DNA from: an uncultured Armatimonadetes bacterium
Lineage (GTDB): Bacteria > Armatimonadota > UBA5829 > DTJY01
Length of the DNA: 64,000 nt
Direction: 5' to 3'
NCBI GenBank assembly: GCA_963717145.1
Contig: OY970325.1
Coordinates: 2,208,001 to 2,272,000 of the forward strand
The translations under genes and the position numbers were made by a program. This document shows, in pieces, positions 17,863 to 29,241 of this stretch (position 1 is its first letter; every line of letters begins with the position of its first letter). The notes under the pieces were generated by a model that had not been told where the DNA came from, did no database searches, and worked only from the letters and a program-made list of their open reading frames with translations.

Positions 17863-19089
17863 GTGATCACTGTTCAGAAATATGGTGGCAGCTCGGTGGC
17901 GACCACCGAGAAGATATGCAATGTGGCGAAGCGGATCAAGAAGGCGGCGGACAGCAGCCAGGTCGTGGTCGTCATCTCCGCGATGGGCGACGCTACGGAC
18001 GAGTTGATCGCGATGGCGAAGGCCATAAGCAAGATCCCCGACGAACGCGAGATGGACAAGCTGCTTGCGACCGGCGAGCAGGCCAGCAGCGCGCTCCTGA
18101 CCATGGCGATCCACGAACTCGGCGTCTCTGCCGTATCGTTGACAGGCGGGCAGGCGGGGATTATCACCGAGAACACGCCCGGCAAGGCCAGAATCCTGCA
18201 GGTCAACCCCGAGAGGATCCAGCAGGAGTTGAGCGACGGCAAGATCGTTGTCGTGGCGGGCTTCCAGGGAATCACGGACGATCCGAGCTGGTCGGACATC
18301 ACGACGCTCGGTCGCGGCGGATCAGATACCACCGCAGTGGCTCTCGCGGCTGCTCTGAAGGCGGACAAGTGCGAGATCTACACCGATGTGGACGGCGTAT
18401 TCACCGCCGATCCGCGAGTGGTGCTCAATGCGCGCAAACTCGATGATATCTCATACGAGGAGATGCTCGAACTCGCAGGACAGGGCGCCAAGGTCATGCA
18501 CTCCAGAGCAGTCGAACTCGGCGAACTCTACGGCGTCAATATCATGGTGGCCCACAGCGTCCGTGAAGTGCCCGGAACGATTATCACAAAGGAGGAGAAT
18601 CTAGTGGAGGCCAAAAACCCCGTTCGTGGCATCGCTCATGACACGGATGTTGCGAAGATAACCGTTGTGGGGGTGCCGGACCGACCCGGTATCTCTTATC
18701 AGATTTTCCATGCCCTGGCGGAAGCCAATATCAACGTCGACATCATCGTCCAGAATGTGAGCATCCTTGGAGTCACCGATCTGTCATTCACCGTCAACCT
18801 GGCCGATCTGGTCAAGGCGGAGAAGGTCCTCGAACCGGTCATGCGCAACATCGGCGCGAAGGACATGACGACATCGGTCGATCTGGCGAAGGTGTCGATC
18901 GTCGGGACAGGGATACGCAGTCATCCGGGCTATGCGGACAAGATGTTCGGAGCGATGGCTCGCGAGGGGATCAACATCGTGTCGATCACAACGAGCGAAA
19001 TTCGTATCACATGCCTGATCGACAAGGCCGACGTCCAGAAGGCGGTTCAGGCGCTCCACTCGGCATTCGAACTCGAAAAGCCGGAATAG
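17863..19089 (+). CDS. lysC: aspartate kinase with two ACT domains
   Basis: [42 protein letters not shown]. Confidence 0.95.
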   Translation: MITVQKYGGSSVATTEKICNVAKRIKKAADSSQVVVVISAMGDATDELIAMAKAISKIPDEREMDKLLATGEQASSALLTMAIHELGVSAVSLTGGQAGIITENTPGKARILQVNPERIQQELSDGKIVVVAGFQGITDDPSWSDITTLGRGGSDTTAVALAAALKADKCEIYTDVDGVFTADPRVVLNARKLDDISYEEMLELAGQGAKVMHSRAVELGELYGVNIMVAHSVREVPGTIITKEENLVEAKNPVRGIAHDTDVAKITVVGVPDRPGISYQIFHALAEANINVDIIVQNVSILGVTDLSFTVNLADLVKAEKVLEPVMRNIGAKDMTTSVDLAKVSIVGTGIRSHPGYADKMFGAMAREGINIVSITTSEIRITCLIDKADVQKAVQALHSAFELEKPE

Positions 19090-19094
19090 GCCGT

Positions 19095-19179
19095 GGGGAA
19101 TGGTTGATGGTTGATGGTTCATGGTCAATGGGGATTCGTCCGCCATCGACCATCAGCCATTAACCATCAACCATTCCCC
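19095..19179. repeat. inverted heptamer array (ATGGTTG)n...(CAACCAT)n
   Basis: GGGGAATGGTTGATGGTTGATGG...CCATTAACCATCAACCATTCCCC; related array at 44172. Confidence 0.75.
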
Positions 19180-19201
19180 CGGGCGTGCCCACCCTGCCCT
19201 G

Positions 19202-19447
19202 TTACGAGCAGGAGCCAAGCTCGTACTTCTCGACAAACTCATCGTTGTTCAGCGAGTAGAGGTCTTTCTGCATCTGCTCTTCGATCATCTGCATGGAGCT
19301 GATGTCGGCGCTGCTCGCCTTGATGAAAGTCCGACCGGATTCCTTCTTGTTCCTGAGGACGACCACGCAGAACGGAGACATCATGCTCCCTCCGATCCGG
19401 CGATCGACCTCCCAGTAAGTGGACGCGGATTCGTCAACAAACGGCAC
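19202..19447 (-). CDS. small hypothetical protein (81 aa)
   Basis: Fills the gap between the hydrolase and lysC; natural-looking composition. Confidence 0.55.
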   Translation of the reverse strand: MPFVDESASTYWEVDRRIGGSMMSPFCVVVLRNKKESGRTFIKASSADISSMQMIEEQMQKDLYSLNNDEFVEKYELGSCS

Positions 19448-19492
19448 TGTTTCGCACCCCGCTTTCGAGTCCGACCTTCCACTCCCCGATAC

Positions 19493-20272
19493 TCAGGCCC
19501 GCGTGAAGTGATCGTACAACGCTCGGGAGACCTCTGCAATCGCACGCGCGGCCCGAGGCGCCTCGTCCACATCGCCCGCCAGCGCACACAAGACATACGG
19601 ACCATCCGGCGTGTAGACAACCCCTACATCGTGAGTCACACCCGTGATCGAACCCGTCTTGTTTGCCACTCTGGTGTCTTCGGGGAGAAGAAGCGGAATT
19701 TTGTCCCTGCACTGTTGTCTTGCCATGATCCCGATGATCTCCTCACTGGTAGATTTGCTCGAAATCCGGCCTTCCGCTATCCACCTGAGCAGGAGCATCA
19801 TCTCATGGGCGCTGATCAGGTTCTCATTTCCGAGCTTCTGCTGCTCCCAGTCGTACATCTTGCGCGCGAGTGTGATTGAGGTCAGCCCGAGCCCACGCAT
19901 GCGCTCGTTGACGGCATCCATCCCGATCCGGTCGATGATCATATTGGTCGCTGTGTTGTCGCTGACGGTGATCATCAGAACGGCGAGGTCGCGGAGGGTC
20001 AACTGCATGCCGTCATGGAGATCCATGAGTACCCCCGAGCCGGGTACCTTCTCGGACTCGCGAAGGGTAAACACCTCGTCCAGCGACAAACGCCCTTCAT
20101 CTCGCTGACACATGATCTCCACGAGAATCGGAACCTTGATGACGCTCGCGGAAGGAAAGACCTCATGCTCGTTGATGAGAACGGTATCCGCGCGGGAGAG
20201 ATGGCATGCGGCAATGCCAAATCTGCCAGGCGCGCTGACGAGGATCGCCTCCACTGTATCTCTAAGTGACAT
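19493..20272 (-). CDS. class A beta-lactamase-like serine hydrolase
   Basis: SxxK (ASVIK), SDN and KTG motifs; no signal peptide. Confidence 0.88.
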   Translation of the reverse strand: MSLRDTVEAILVSAPGRFGIAACHLSRADTVLINEHEVFPSASVIKVPILVEIMCQRDEGRLSLDEVFTLRESEKVPGSGVLMDLHDGMQLTLRDLAVLMITVSDNTATNMIIDRIGMDAVNERMRGLGLTSITLARKMYDWEQQKLGNENLISAHEMMLLLRWIAEGRISSKSTSEEIIGIMARQQCRDKIPLLLPEDTRVANKTGSITGVTHDVGVVYTPDGPYVLCALAGDVDEAPRAARAIAEVSRALYDHFTRA

Positions 20273-20394
20273 GGATCAACCCCGATTGCTTCTATGGAAT
20301 GAATGCCGGCAATGGCTGGTGATATTGCCGTCTGCTGCCATAATTCTAGGTAAGCAGCGTCTGTTTGTCAATGACGCAGGGTATAATGGACAAA

Positions 20395-21315
20395 ATGACG
20401 AAAAACAATCGAGGTGGGCTGCGCATCGGCAGGGGAGCGGAAGGGGTTCTCGCCCGCATACCGGGTGACGAACTCGCCAAAGCCTTGTACTGGTTGCGGC
20501 ACAATCTGAATATGAGCACAATTAAGCAGGTAATCAAGGGGCTTGTGATCGGCGGCGCGTGCGGCATGGGACTCTGTGCCCTCGCCACGAAGGCCAAGTT
20601 GTCGGATCGCATCTCGAGCCTCGCACAGAACGTCGAGGGGGTTCCATTTCCCGGCACGCGTCTGTACGCATTCCTCGCATCACGGCAGCTTCGCTCGCTG
20701 TACCGCGAGATTGCGGACGAGATAGCAGATTCCGGTATTGAGGGCAGAATCCTCGATCTGGGAACGGACCTGGGTTACGTCCCCATCGAGCTGGCGAAGA
20801 AGAAACCCTCGCTGACGGTCATGGGGGTCGATACATCCGGCGACATGGTGCAGATCGCAGAGGCCAACGCTCGCTCGGAAGGAGTCAACGGCAAGCCGGA
20901 CTTCAGCGTCGGCGATCCGACAAACCTCCCGTTCCCGGGCCGGTACTTCGATCTTGTGGTAAGCGTGAACCTCCTGCACCAATGGACGGAACCCCAGGCG
21001 GTGTTCACGGAAGTGAACTACATCCTGAACCCTGGTGGCGAGTTCTGGATCTATGGCTACAAGAAAGACATCCCCAGGGAGTTGTGGTCAGAGCTTGCCC
21101 AGGATTTACCGCCGCACCAGCGCGTGCTGTTCCAAGTGGGACCGGCTGTTTCCTCCAAGGCCGCGCTCAGCGAGGATGAGATCGTACGGCTCGCGGAAGA
21201 GGCGCACTTCGAGGTGGTATCCGTTGAGGATAAGTGCCTTACCATGTTCCACGAGTGCATGCCTGTGTTCGTGAAGATCCGTCTCAGGAAACCCGATCTG
21301 GTCCGTGGGCAGTAG
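20395..21315 (+). CDS. class I SAM-dependent methyltransferase with N-terminal extension
   Basis: ILDLGTDLG (variant motif I), GVDTS, LPFPGRYFDLVVS, LNPGG; start codon uncertain. Confidence 0.78.
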   Translation: MTKNNRGGLRIGRGAEGVLARIPGDELAKALYWLRHNLNMSTIKQVIKGLVIGGACGMGLCALATKAKLSDRISSLAQNVEGVPFPGTRLYAFLASRQLRSLYREIADEIADSGIEGRILDLGTDLGYVPIELAKKKPSLTVMGVDTSGDMVQIAEANARSEGVNGKPDFSVGDPTNLPFPGRYFDLVVSVNLLHQWTEPQAVFTEVNYILNPGGEFWIYGYKKDIPRELWSELAQDLPPHQRVLFQVGPAVSSKAALSEDEIVRLAEEAHFEVVSVEDKCLTMFHECMPVFVKIRLRKPDLVRGQ

Positions 21316-21317
21316 CT

Positions 21318-22085
21318 CTACAACTGGCCCATTATCCTGTGGCACTGAGGGATCACCCGGACGTCGTCCACATGCTCGGCACAGATCGACTGCCAGGCGA
21401 GTACCTGATCGGGCGAAGGTGGGCGCACCCCTCCGCGCTCCGTTACCGGTTGCAGCACCACCGAAATCCGGCGGTCGATCTCGCCCACGATCCGCGACGC
21501 GGCCTCTATCTCGTCAGCCCGCGTCGCAGAGCACACCACCATCTTCACGTATAGTCGCTTCCCGGAGGCATTCGCCATGAACTCCCGGTGCCGCTCGATC
21601 AGGTCCTCACCACCGGCGGCAGAGGTAAGCTTCACGTCCATGCTTATGATGTCGATGAGTGGCAGAATCGGGCCGAGGTTCTCAGGAAGCGAGCCATTCG
21701 TCTCGATCATGACCTGCATGCCGGACTCCTTGACCGCGCGAGCGATTTCGACGGCCCAATCGAGGTCGAGCAGCGGCTCTCCGCCGGTCAAGACGACGGA
21801 ATGATGCAGCCCCCGCTGCGAGTTCAACCCACTCACGCATTCGATGACGCGGTCGAGGCTGACCGGATTCGGGACCTGTGCAAAATCGCGCCGGCCCGGC
21901 GTCCGTTCGAGGCAGCAAACAGGCGGGACCGACCGGGAATCCGATGTGTCGCAGTAGTCGCAGTCGAGGTTGCACCCGCACAGGCGGATGAAGATCTGCC
22001 GATACCCGACGCAGATTCCTTCGCCCTGAATGCCGGAGAAGACCTCGGTCAGATCGCCGTGAATGGGCGGGACATCACGCATCAT
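21318..22085 (-). CDS. queE: 7-carboxy-7-deazaguanine synthase (radical SAM)
   Basis: EVFSGIQGEG, CNLDCDYCDT, LTGGEP, IETNG, VIPQCH. Confidence 0.88.
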   Translation of the reverse strand: MMRDVPPIHGDLTEVFSGIQGEGICVGYRQIFIRLCGCNLDCDYCDTSDSRSVPPVCCLERTPGRRDFAQVPNPVSLDRVIECVSGLNSQRGLHHSVVLTGGEPLLDLDWAVEIARAVKESGMQVMIETNGSLPENLGPILPLIDIISMDVKLTSAAGGEDLIERHREFMANASGKRLYVKMVVCSATRADEIEAASRIVGEIDRRISVVLQPVTERGGVRPPSPDQVLAWQSICAEHVDDVRVIPQCHRIMGQL

Positions 22086-22441
22086 TCCCAGTAGCTCGCG
22101 GCGGATGTCGCGGTCTCCCAGACCGTCGCCTTCCGGATGCCGTCGCCCACGCGCCTGCGCATCTCCTCGAAGACGAACTTGGCGAGGTGCTCGGCGGTCG
22201 GATTCTCCTCGCGGAAATGGGGCAGGTCGTTCAGATACTGATGATCGAGTTGTGAGATAATCTCCCCGAGTTCCCGTTTGAGCCGCTTGAAGTCCACCAG
22301 CATGCCAAGATGATCGAGTTCTGAACCCTGATAGGCGACCATGACGCGGTATGTGTGGCCGTGCAGGTTCTCGCACGCGCCCTCATATCCGCGCAGACAG
22401 TGGGCGGAATCGAAATGTGCTTCGACGGTTAGTTCGTACAT
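22082..22441 (-). CDS. queD: 6-carboxytetrahydropterin synthase
   Basis: FDSAH...CENLHGHTY...LDHQYLN...PTAE...VWET. Confidence 0.92.
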   Translation of the reverse strand: MYELTVEAHFDSAHCLRGYEGACENLHGHTYRVMVAYQGSELDHLGMLVDFKRLKRELGEIISQLDHQYLNDLPHFREENPTAEHLAKFVFEEMRRRVGDGIRKATVWETATSAASYWE

Positions 22442-22543
22442 GTGGACATTATAGCGGGGAATCGGCCTCAGGTTCAAGGCCGCCAATGCGCGCGACGGCG
22501 TTGGGGATGGAGTTGGACTCCTTCCCCAACGGCATTCAGAGAC

Positions 22544-22621
22544 GTAGGGAACGTGCCGCCGTGCCGTTCCGTCTTGGCCCGCGCGCAGGATAGCGGAACG
22601 GCACGGCGGCACGTTCCCTAC
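22544..22621. repeat. GTAG-footed REP-like palindrome, family C (GTAGGGAACGTGCCGCCGTGCCGTTCCG)
   Basis: 28-bp perfect inverted arms. Confidence 0.8.
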
Positions 22622-22626
22622 TTGGA

Positions 22627-23886
22627 TCATCCCAGGTTCGCGCCCTGGGAGCGAAGGGTGCTCTTGAGGAGCGGGATGTCGAGCGCGCGCGGGGCTGTTC
22701 CCTGCTTGATGGAGAGGGCCGCGGCGGCCCCGGCGGACTGCCCGATCGCAAGGCAGATCGGCATGATCCTGAGCGACGAGTGCGCCTCGTGCGTAGCCGA
22801 GATCGGTCGCCCGGCGATCAGGAGGTTATCGAGCCCGAGCGGCGTCAGGCATCGGTACGGGATGTCGTACGATTCGCCCGGTTTCAGGCGCTTGATGACG
22901 GTTCCTGCGCCGGTCGGGCTGTGGATATCGATCGAGTACGAACCGCGCGCGATGCAGTCGTCGAACTTCCGCGCGCCGAGGACGTCTTCCTCCGTCAGAA
23001 TGTAGTCGCCGATCACGCGCCTGCTCTCCCGGACGCCGATCTGCGGTCCGCTCATGAGGATCTCGGCGTTCTCGAAGCCGGTGACATCCCCGTGCAGGAA
23101 CGCGAGGAACTGCCACATCTGCCTGCGGGCCTCGATCTCGGCCTTGGTCAGGTCCTCGGCGGATGTGCCGTCGGCATAGTTCACGCGCGTCTGGTTGAAG
23201 TGCATCTCGCCCTTGCGGGTCGTGCAGAACATCAGGACGTTCTCGCGCGGGCAGTCGAGTTGTCCCTCGGCCTTGGCGCGGTCGTAGAGCTGATTGAACT
23301 CCTCCCTCGGCGGGATTCGATCCTGATCGACCTGGCCGACCCGGAAGTTGAGGGTCATCGGCTGCGCAAGGCCGTCCGCGTCGCGGCCCTTTTCGCACCT
23401 TGCGCCGGCGAGGAATGCCAGGTCGGCGTCACCGGTGCCATCGATGTAGACCGTCGCCTCGATGCGCGACTTGCCCGACTTGTTGGCAATCTCGACCGAA
23501 GTGATCTCGGCGCCGGAGGTCGACGCGTCGGTGAGCATCGTGTGGAAGAGGAGTCGAACGCCGGCCTCCTGCGCCATCTGATCGCAGACGTACTTGTAAG
23601 CCTCGGGGTCGAATGCGGTGCGGCTGCCCTTGCCGTATGCGCCAAGCGCGGTGAGCCGCTCGGTCATCTCATTCAGGACGCCGCCTATGATCTGCTCGTC
23701 GCCCGCCCAATAGGTCATGAACGGGTTGACGAGGCCCATGGTGGCCATCCCGCCCAGGAATCCGTATTGCTCGATGAGAAGCGTATCCGCACCGTTCCGC
23801 GCGGCGCTGATCGCGGCGGCGAACCCACCAGGGCCTCCTCCCGCGACGAAGACATCGCACTTCCCAGTTTCTGATGTGTTGCTCAT
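22627..23886 (-). CDS. FAD-dependent oxidoreductase
   Basis: VAGGGPGG, YIDGTGDAD, GVRESRRVIG, YDIPYRCL. Confidence 0.88.
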   Translation of the reverse strand: MSNTSETGKCDVFVAGGGPGGFAAAISAARNGADTLLIEQYGFLGGMATMGLVNPFMTYWAGDEQIIGGVLNEMTERLTALGAYGKGSRTAFDPEAYKYVCDQMAQEAGVRLLFHTMLTDASTSGAEITSVEIANKSGKSRIEATVYIDGTGDADLAFLAGARCEKGRDADGLAQPMTLNFRVGQVDQDRIPPREEFNQLYDRAKAEGQLDCPRENVLMFCTTRKGEMHFNQTRVNYADGTSAEDLTKAEIEARRQMWQFLAFLHGDVTGFENAEILMSGPQIGVRESRRVIGDYILTEEDVLGARKFDDCIARGSYSIDIHSPTGAGTVIKRLKPGESYDIPYRCLTPLGLDNLLIAGRPISATHEAHSSLRIMPICLAIGQSAGAAAALSIKQGTAPRALDIPLLKSTLRSQGANLG

Positions 23887-23892
23887 GTCCAT

Positions 23893-24915
23893 TCACCTTT
23901 CCTTGCGCGGTATGATGAGATCAGCGATCAGAGGCCGGTGGTCTGATCCCACCACGTCAAGTACGAAACAGCGCCGCGCGGCTACATCGGCATCCGCGAA
24001 GATGTAATCTATGCGCATGAGAGGATGCCCCGCCGGATATGTGTAGCCCAGTCCGGAGCCTTCCCGCTTGAACACGTCCCGGTACCGCGATACGATCCGA
24101 CCGTAGCACAATCCCCTCGGCGGCGTGTTGAAGTCGCCCACCATCACGGCCTCGCCCACCGCTGTGGATGCCACCTTCTCCAGATCGCGAATCTGATCCA
24201 TCCGAACCTGAGCGGTATGGCGCAGGTATGCCGGCATCTCCCGCAGGCCGCCACTTCCGAGCGACCTGCCCGTGAGAGCAACATTAAGGTGTACGTTGTA
24301 GACAGTCAGCCACTGCCCATCAACATCCACGACCGTTTCGAGAGCGATGCGCCCACTCCCAGGCATGAGGCGATGCACTCTCTCCGTCGCGATTGGATAG
24401 TGCGAGAAGGTCGCCACATCCCCGAACGCCGAGGTATTCCAGCCCGCAAACTCCTTGCGCAGTGCCGGGAGGACGGAAGTATTCCAGTGGCCGTCATTCG
24501 CCTCCTGGAAGCATACAATGTCAGGATGCTCTCTCCTCACTGCCGCTATCACGTTGTCCACACCGCCGAACGCGCTGTGGACGTTCCAGGTCATCAGCCG
24601 TACATTTGCAGCATTGTCGGAGAGAATCGGCCGGTTGCCAAACGGGATCGCTGGTCCGAGCAGAGCGAAGTAGAAGATGCACAGTGCCGGCACGACCAAT
24701 CCAACAGGCAACCATGCCCGACGAATGAGCGCCCAGATGAGCAGCAGGGCCGAGGGTACACCGACCCACTGCTGCGGGGAATACGTGATCAGCGTCGTCA
24801 ACCAGTGCCGCTCGGCGATGAACGTCTCCAGCAGCCACACAACTGCCAGGAACGCGAGGTTGGCGACTGCCAGTACAACGAGACGACGGCCTTGTCTTCC
24901 CACTTGTCCTTCCAA
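23893..24915 (-). CDS. membrane-anchored endonuclease/exonuclease/phosphatase family protein
   Basis: 3 N-terminal TMs; MTWNV, FQEA, GDFN, IDYIF, SDHRP. Confidence 0.85.
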   Translation of the reverse strand: MEGQVGRQGRRLVVLAVANLAFLAVVWLLETFIAERHWLTTLITYSPQQWVGVPSALLLIWALIRRAWLPVGLVVPALCIFYFALLGPAIPFGNRPILSDNAANVRLMTWNVHSAFGGVDNVIAAVRREHPDIVCFQEANDGHWNTSVLPALRKEFAGWNTSAFGDVATFSHYPIATERVHRLMPGSGRIALETVVDVDGQWLTVYNVHLNVALTGRSLGSGGLREMPAYLRHTAQVRMDQIRDLEKVASTAVGEAVMVGDFNTPPRGLCYGRIVSRYRDVFKREGSGLGYTYPAGHPLMRIDYIFADADVAARRCFVLDVVGSDHRPLIADLIIPRKER

Positions 24916-24937
24916 GAACTGATGAGTGAGGGCAGCC

Positions 24938-26386
24938 CTACCTCTTCATCGACTCGGCGAGGCGGTCGCGGAGGATTTTGTTCACCGCGCCGGGATTGGC
25001 TCGGCCCTGCGTGTACTTCATCACCTGGCCGACGAGGAAGCCCATCGCCCTCTCGTCACCCGCGGCGATCTTCGCCACGACATCGGCGTTCTCGGCGAGC
25101 ACCTTATCGACGACGGGGTAGATCTCCGCGTCGCTGCTGATCTGAGTGAGTCCCTTCTTCTTGACGACATCGTCGGCCGACGCGCCGGTCTCGAACATCT
25201 CCTCGAAGACGGATTTCGCGATCTTGCCACTGATCGTGCCGTCCGCAATCAACCTGAGCATCGCGGCGAGATCGGCGGGCTTGACCTTCGACTCGCTGAT
25301 GTCGATGCCGGCCGAGTTGAGCGCCTTGGTGAAGTCGCCCGTCATCCAGTTGCTGATCGTCTTCGGCTCGTTGTAAGCCTTGACTGTATCCTCGAAGTAA
25401 TCAGCGAACGCGCGGGTGTTCGTCAGCGCCTCGGCATCGTATTCCGAGAGGCCGTACTGGTCCACGAAGCGGCACTTCTTCTCCTCGGGCAACTCCGGGA
25501 GCGCCTTCCGCTGCGCCTCGACGTACTCCTGAGTGAACTCCATCGGGACGAGGTCCGGCTCAGGGAAGTAGCGGTACTCCTGTTCGAACTCCTTGGTCCT
25601 CATCATCACGGTCACACCGTTGGCATCGTCCCACCGACGGGTTTCATGGATGATCTTTCCGCCGTCCTGGAGCACCTTCGACTGCCGGGCGATCTCGTAG
25701 TCCGAGCCCCGATAGACCGCGCGGAAGGAGTTGAGGTTCTTCAACTCGGTCCGAGTGCCGAGCATGTGCGTCCCCTTCTCGCGGACCGAGATGTTCGGCT
25801 CACACCGAAGGCTCCCCTCCTCCATCTTGCCGTCGTTGACGCCGAGGTAGGTGACGATCGCGCGGAGACGGACGAGGTACTCGCGCGCTTCCTCCGCGGA
25901 GTGGATGTCGGCCTCGCTGACGATCTCCATGAGCGGCACGGTGCTGCGGTTGAAGTCGATCAAGCTCTCGTCACTCCCGGGCGCGTGGATCAGCTTGCCG
26001 GTGTCCTCTTCGAGGTGAACGCGCCGGATGCGGATGCGCCGGGTCTCATCGCCGACGGTGATGTCGATCCAGCCGTTCACTCCGATCGGTGTGTCGCCGT
26101 ACTGAGAAATCTGGTAGTTCTTCGGCAGGTCGGGATAGAAGTAGTTCTTCCGGTGGAAGATGCTGTGCCGGGATACCTCGCAGTTCAGGGCGAGCGCGGT
26201 TCGGACGACGTATTCGACGGCCTTACGGTTCGCGACGGGGAGAGCGCCAGGAAGCCCGAGGCACACAGGGCACGTCCGCGAGTTCGGCGCGCCGCCAAAC
26301 TCCGCGCTGCAGTCGCAGAACATCTTGCTCTCGGTGAGCAGTTCCGCGTGTACTTCCATCCCGATGACGCCTTCGTATTCAGTCAT
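24938..26386 (-). CDS. gatB: Asp/Glu-tRNA amidotransferase subunit B
   Basis: [36 protein letters not shown]. Confidence 0.96.
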   Translation of the reverse strand: MTEYEGVIGMEVHAELLTESKMFCDCSAEFGGAPNSRTCPVCLGLPGALPVANRKAVEYVVRTALALNCEVSRHSIFHRKNYFYPDLPKNYQISQYGDTPIGVNGWIDITVGDETRRIRIRRVHLEEDTGKLIHAPGSDESLIDFNRSTVPLMEIVSEADIHSAEEAREYLVRLRAIVTYLGVNDGKMEEGSLRCEPNISVREKGTHMLGTRTELKNLNSFRAVYRGSDYEIARQSKVLQDGGKIIHETRRWDDANGVTVMMRTKEFEQEYRYFPEPDLVPMEFTQEYVEAQRKALPELPEEKKCRFVDQYGLSEYDAEALTNTRAFADYFEDTVKAYNEPKTISNWMTGDFTKALNSAGIDISESKVKPADLAAMLRLIADGTISGKIAKSVFEEMFETGASADDVVKKKGLTQISSDAEIYPVVDKVLAENADVVAKIAAGDERAMGFLVGQVMKYTQGRANPGAVNKILRDRLAESMKR

Positions 26387-27840
26387 AGCTTCGGTCTCTC
26401 CCGATGGTAATCCGTGTTCTGCTCGAAGGCAAACGCCGTTCGGAGGATGGTCTCCTCGTCGAAGGGCTTGCCCATGATCTGCATGCCGATCGGGAGGCCG
26501 CCGATGAACCCGCAGTTGATCGAGATCGCCGGGATGCCCGCCATGTTGACCGGGATCGTGCAGACATCCGCGAGCTTCATCGCCAGCGGGTCGTCGGAGC
26601 GCTCGCCGATCCCGAATGCGGGCACAGGCGATGTGGGGCTGATCAGCACGTCGAACTCGCTGAACGCTTCGTCGTAGGCCTTGCGGACGAGCGTGCGGAC
26701 CTTCTGCGCCTTGAGGTAGTATGCATCGTAGTACCCCGCGCTCAGGGCATACGTGCCGATCATGATCCGCTGCTTGACCTCAGCGCCAAAGCCTTCGTCG
26801 CGGGTCTTGCTGAGCATTGAGAGGGTATCGGTCGCGTGGGCGGTTCGATGGCCGTACTTGACGCCGTCATATCGAGCCAGATTCGAACTCGCTTCGGCCG
26901 GCGCGAGGATGTAGTAGGTCGGAAGAGTGTATTCCATGATCGGCATGGAAAGCTCCCGGCACTCCGCACCGAGTTCGCAAAGTTTCTCGACCGCCTTCAT
27001 GACCATATCCGCGATCTCCGGGCTGACTCCCTGCGCGAAGAACTCCTTCGGGACGCCGATCTTGAGCCCCTTCACGTCATTCCTGAGAGCCGCGCGGTAG
27101 TCCGGCACGGGCAGATCGACAGAGGTGGAGTCGAGCGGATCCTTGCCCGCGATCGCCTGCAGCAGAATCGCGCAGTCGGTGACGTCCTTGGTGAGCGGCC
27201 CGATCTGATCGAGCGAGGAAGCAAACGCCACCAGACCGTACCGCGAGACACGGCCGTAAGTCGGTTTCATCCCGACAACGCCGCAGAATGACGCGGGCTG
27301 ACGGATCGACCCGCCGGTATCCGATCCCAGAGCGAGGATGCATTCATCCGCCGCGACCGCCGCCGCCGATCCACCGCTCGATCCGCCGGGAACTTTCGAG
27401 AGGTCCCAGGGATTATGGGTGACGAAGAAGGCGGAGTTCTCGGTGGATGAACCCATCGCGAACTCATCGAGATTCGACTTGCCAACCATGATCGTGCCCG
27501 CAGCGGCGAGCTTCTCGACGACCGTGGCGTCGTATGGCGGGACGAAATCCTGGAGGATCTTCGAAGAGCAGGTCGTCTTCGTTCCCCTCGTACACATGTT
27601 GTCCTTGATCGCGACTGGAATCCCTGCGAGTGGGCCGATCGGGTTGCCAAGGCCGATGCGCTCGTCGATCTCAGTCGCAGCCTGGAGAGCGATCTCAGGG
27701 GTGAGGGTCACATACGATCGAACCTGGGCCTCCACCGCATCGACCCGATCGAGGACCGCCTGAGTCACTTCACGCGCGCTGACCTCGCGGGCCCGGATCA
27801 TGTCGTGGAGTTCGTGTGCCGTTAGTCTGCTCAGTTCCAT
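26383..27840 (-). CDS. gatA: Asp/Glu-tRNA amidotransferase subunit A
   Basis: Amidase signature GGSSGGSA...[23 protein letters not shown]. Confidence 0.96.
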   Translation of the reverse strand: MELSRLTAHELHDMIRAREVSAREVTQAVLDRVDAVEAQVRSYVTLTPEIALQAATEIDERIGLGNPIGPLAGIPVAIKDNMCTRGTKTTCSSKILQDFVPPYDATVVEKLAAAGTIMVGKSNLDEFAMGSSTENSAFFVTHNPWDLSKVPGGSSGGSAAAVAADECILALGSDTGGSIRQPASFCGVVGMKPTYGRVSRYGLVAFASSLDQIGPLTKDVTDCAILLQAIAGKDPLDSTSVDLPVPDYRAALRNDVKGLKIGVPKEFFAQGVSPEIADMVMKAVEKLCELGAECRELSMPIMEYTLPTYYILAPAEASSNLARYDGVKYGHRTAHATDTLSMLSKTRDEGFGAEVKQRIMIGTYALSAGYYDAYYLKAQKVRTLVRKAYDEAFSEFDVLISPTSPVPAFGIGERSDDPLAMKLADVCTIPVNMAGIPAISINCGFIGGLPIGMQIMGKPFDEETILRTAFAFEQNTDYHRERPKL

Positions 27841-28143
27841 CTACATCTCCACAACCTGGGGCACGACAAAGTAGAAGTCGTGCTCCTCGGGGGCATTCGA
27901 GACGGCCTCCTCCTGGGTGAACGAGGGGCCGGCGACGTCCTCGCGGAAGACGTTCTTCATCGGGATGGAGTGGGAAGTCGGCTCGACATCGGCCGTGTCG
28001 AGTTCCTCGAGGCTCGCGAAGTGCTCCATGATCTGGTTGAGGTGGACCGTCAGCCGGTCCTTTTCGGCCTCGGACAGCTCCAACCTGGCGAGCCAGGCGG
28101 TGTGCTCGACTTCATCTCTGCTTAGTCTCAAGGTAGATACCAT
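27841..28143 (-). CDS. gatC: Asp/Glu-tRNA amidotransferase subunit C
   Basis: VEHTAWLARL...NVFRED...VVPQV; directly upstream of gatA. Confidence 0.93.
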   Translation of the reverse strand: MVSTLRLSRDEVEHTAWLARLELSEAEKDRLTVHLNQIMEHFASLEELDTADVEPTSHSIPMKNVFREDVAGPSFTQEEAVSNAPEEHDFYFVVPQVVEM

Positions 28144-28157
28144 CCTCTCTCACAGCA

Positions 28158-28240
28158 GGCCGTAGCCTAGCCCCTTGTGGGCGTTCGTAGATGCTGCTTA
28201 CCGTGCTCTTCGAACGCCCACAAGGGGCTAGGCTACGGCC
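28158..28240. repeat. GTAG-footed REP-like palindrome, family D (GTAGCCTAGCCCCTTGTGGGCGTTCG)
   Basis: About 30-bp perfect inverted arms. Confidence 0.8.
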
Positions 28241-28259
28241 CTGGATCCCCCCACGTCAG

Positions 28260-29157
28260 CTACACCCCGGCGATGATCTTGTCCATGCGGGCTGCAACAT
28301 CCTTCAGATATGCCGCATCGCCGCCACCGAGTTCGGCGGTCATGTAGCCGCTGTAGCCGACTTCCTCGATCGCCTTGCGGACCTCTTTCCAGTTGACGCT
28401 GCCATCCAGGAGATTCGTCCACTGGCGGCCGTCGAGCTTGAAGTCCTTCACGTGGAGCCGCCTGATCCGAGGTGCCCAGCGTGCGGATCCAGTCCTGCGA
28501 GATGCCGAACGCGCCGATGACGTTGCCGACATCGAAGTAGGCGCGCACCCACGGGCTCTTGAACTCGTCGACGTAACGGGCGAACTCCATTGGGCTGAGG
28601 AGGAAACCGTTCCAGACGTTCTCGACGGCGATAACGACGCCGAGCTTCTCAGCGGTCGGGATGATCTTCTTGATGCTGGCCTGGGAGCGCTCGTAGACAT
28701 CCTTGTAGCGCGTCTCTTCCGTAACTCGGCCGGGGACCAGGAGCAGCGTGTCGGCGCCCATCGCCTTCGCGCCCTTCAGGCCGTCGATCGCGGCCTGCTC
28801 TCCCTCAGCGCGATCCTTCGGGTCCGCGGCGGAGAGCGGCTTGCCCCATCCGCCGTAGATCACGGAATGGATATCGACGCCCGCCTTGGCGGCGGCCTTC
28901 CGCATCGCCTCGCACTCCTTGAGATCGGTGATGGGAGGGGCTTCGACGCCGTCGAACCCGCAGTCGGCGGCGAGCTTGAATCGCGCCTCCATGCTCTGGT
29001 CGCCGGGCAGCATCGAGTATACCACGGCCTTCTTCAGCTTGGTCTTGAACACCGGACTTACCTCCTTGGCAACGGCTTCAGTTTGCAGCAAACCGGGAGC
29101 GACGCCCGCCAGCGCGATTGTCGTGGCGGCGCGTCCCAGGAATTCGCGTCTGTTCAT
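28260..29157 (-). pseudogene. Tat-exported sugar phosphate isomerase/epimerase with +1 frameshift at ~28473
   Basis: MNRREFLG Tat signal; ENVWN, FDVGN; removing one base joins DWIRTLG to PRIRRLHVKDF. Possible sequencing error. Confidence 0.75.
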
Positions 29158-29171
29158 ATTGTACCTCGCAT

Positions 29172-29236
29172 GTAGTGGCCGTGCCTCAGTGCCGGCCTGG
29201 CCACATTGCTGGCCGGCACGGAGGCGCGGCCACTAC
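29172..29236. repeat. REP-like palindrome, family A
   Basis: GTAGTGGCCGTGCCTCAGTGCCGGCC...GGCCGGCACGGAGGCGCGGCCACTAC. Confidence 0.85.
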
Positions 29237-29241
29237 GTGAT

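Noticed and set aside
17533-18114. N-terminal extension of ThrS in the ORF track (similar for xerD, mnmG, uvrB, queD, queE)
   Set aside because: The extensions run through REPs, promoters or neighbouring genes; better starts with an RBS or promoter exist downstream.
19493-20272. Antibiotic-resistance beta-lactamase
   Set aside because: No signal peptide and no clear class A omega-loop Glu motif; more likely a generic serine hydrolase.
21318-22441. queD/queE as a 7-deazaguanine DNA-modification (dpd) island or preQ1-riboswitch locus
   Set aside because: No dpdA/tgt-like or restriction genes adjacent, and queD appears leaderless; ordinary queuosine synthesis is more likely.
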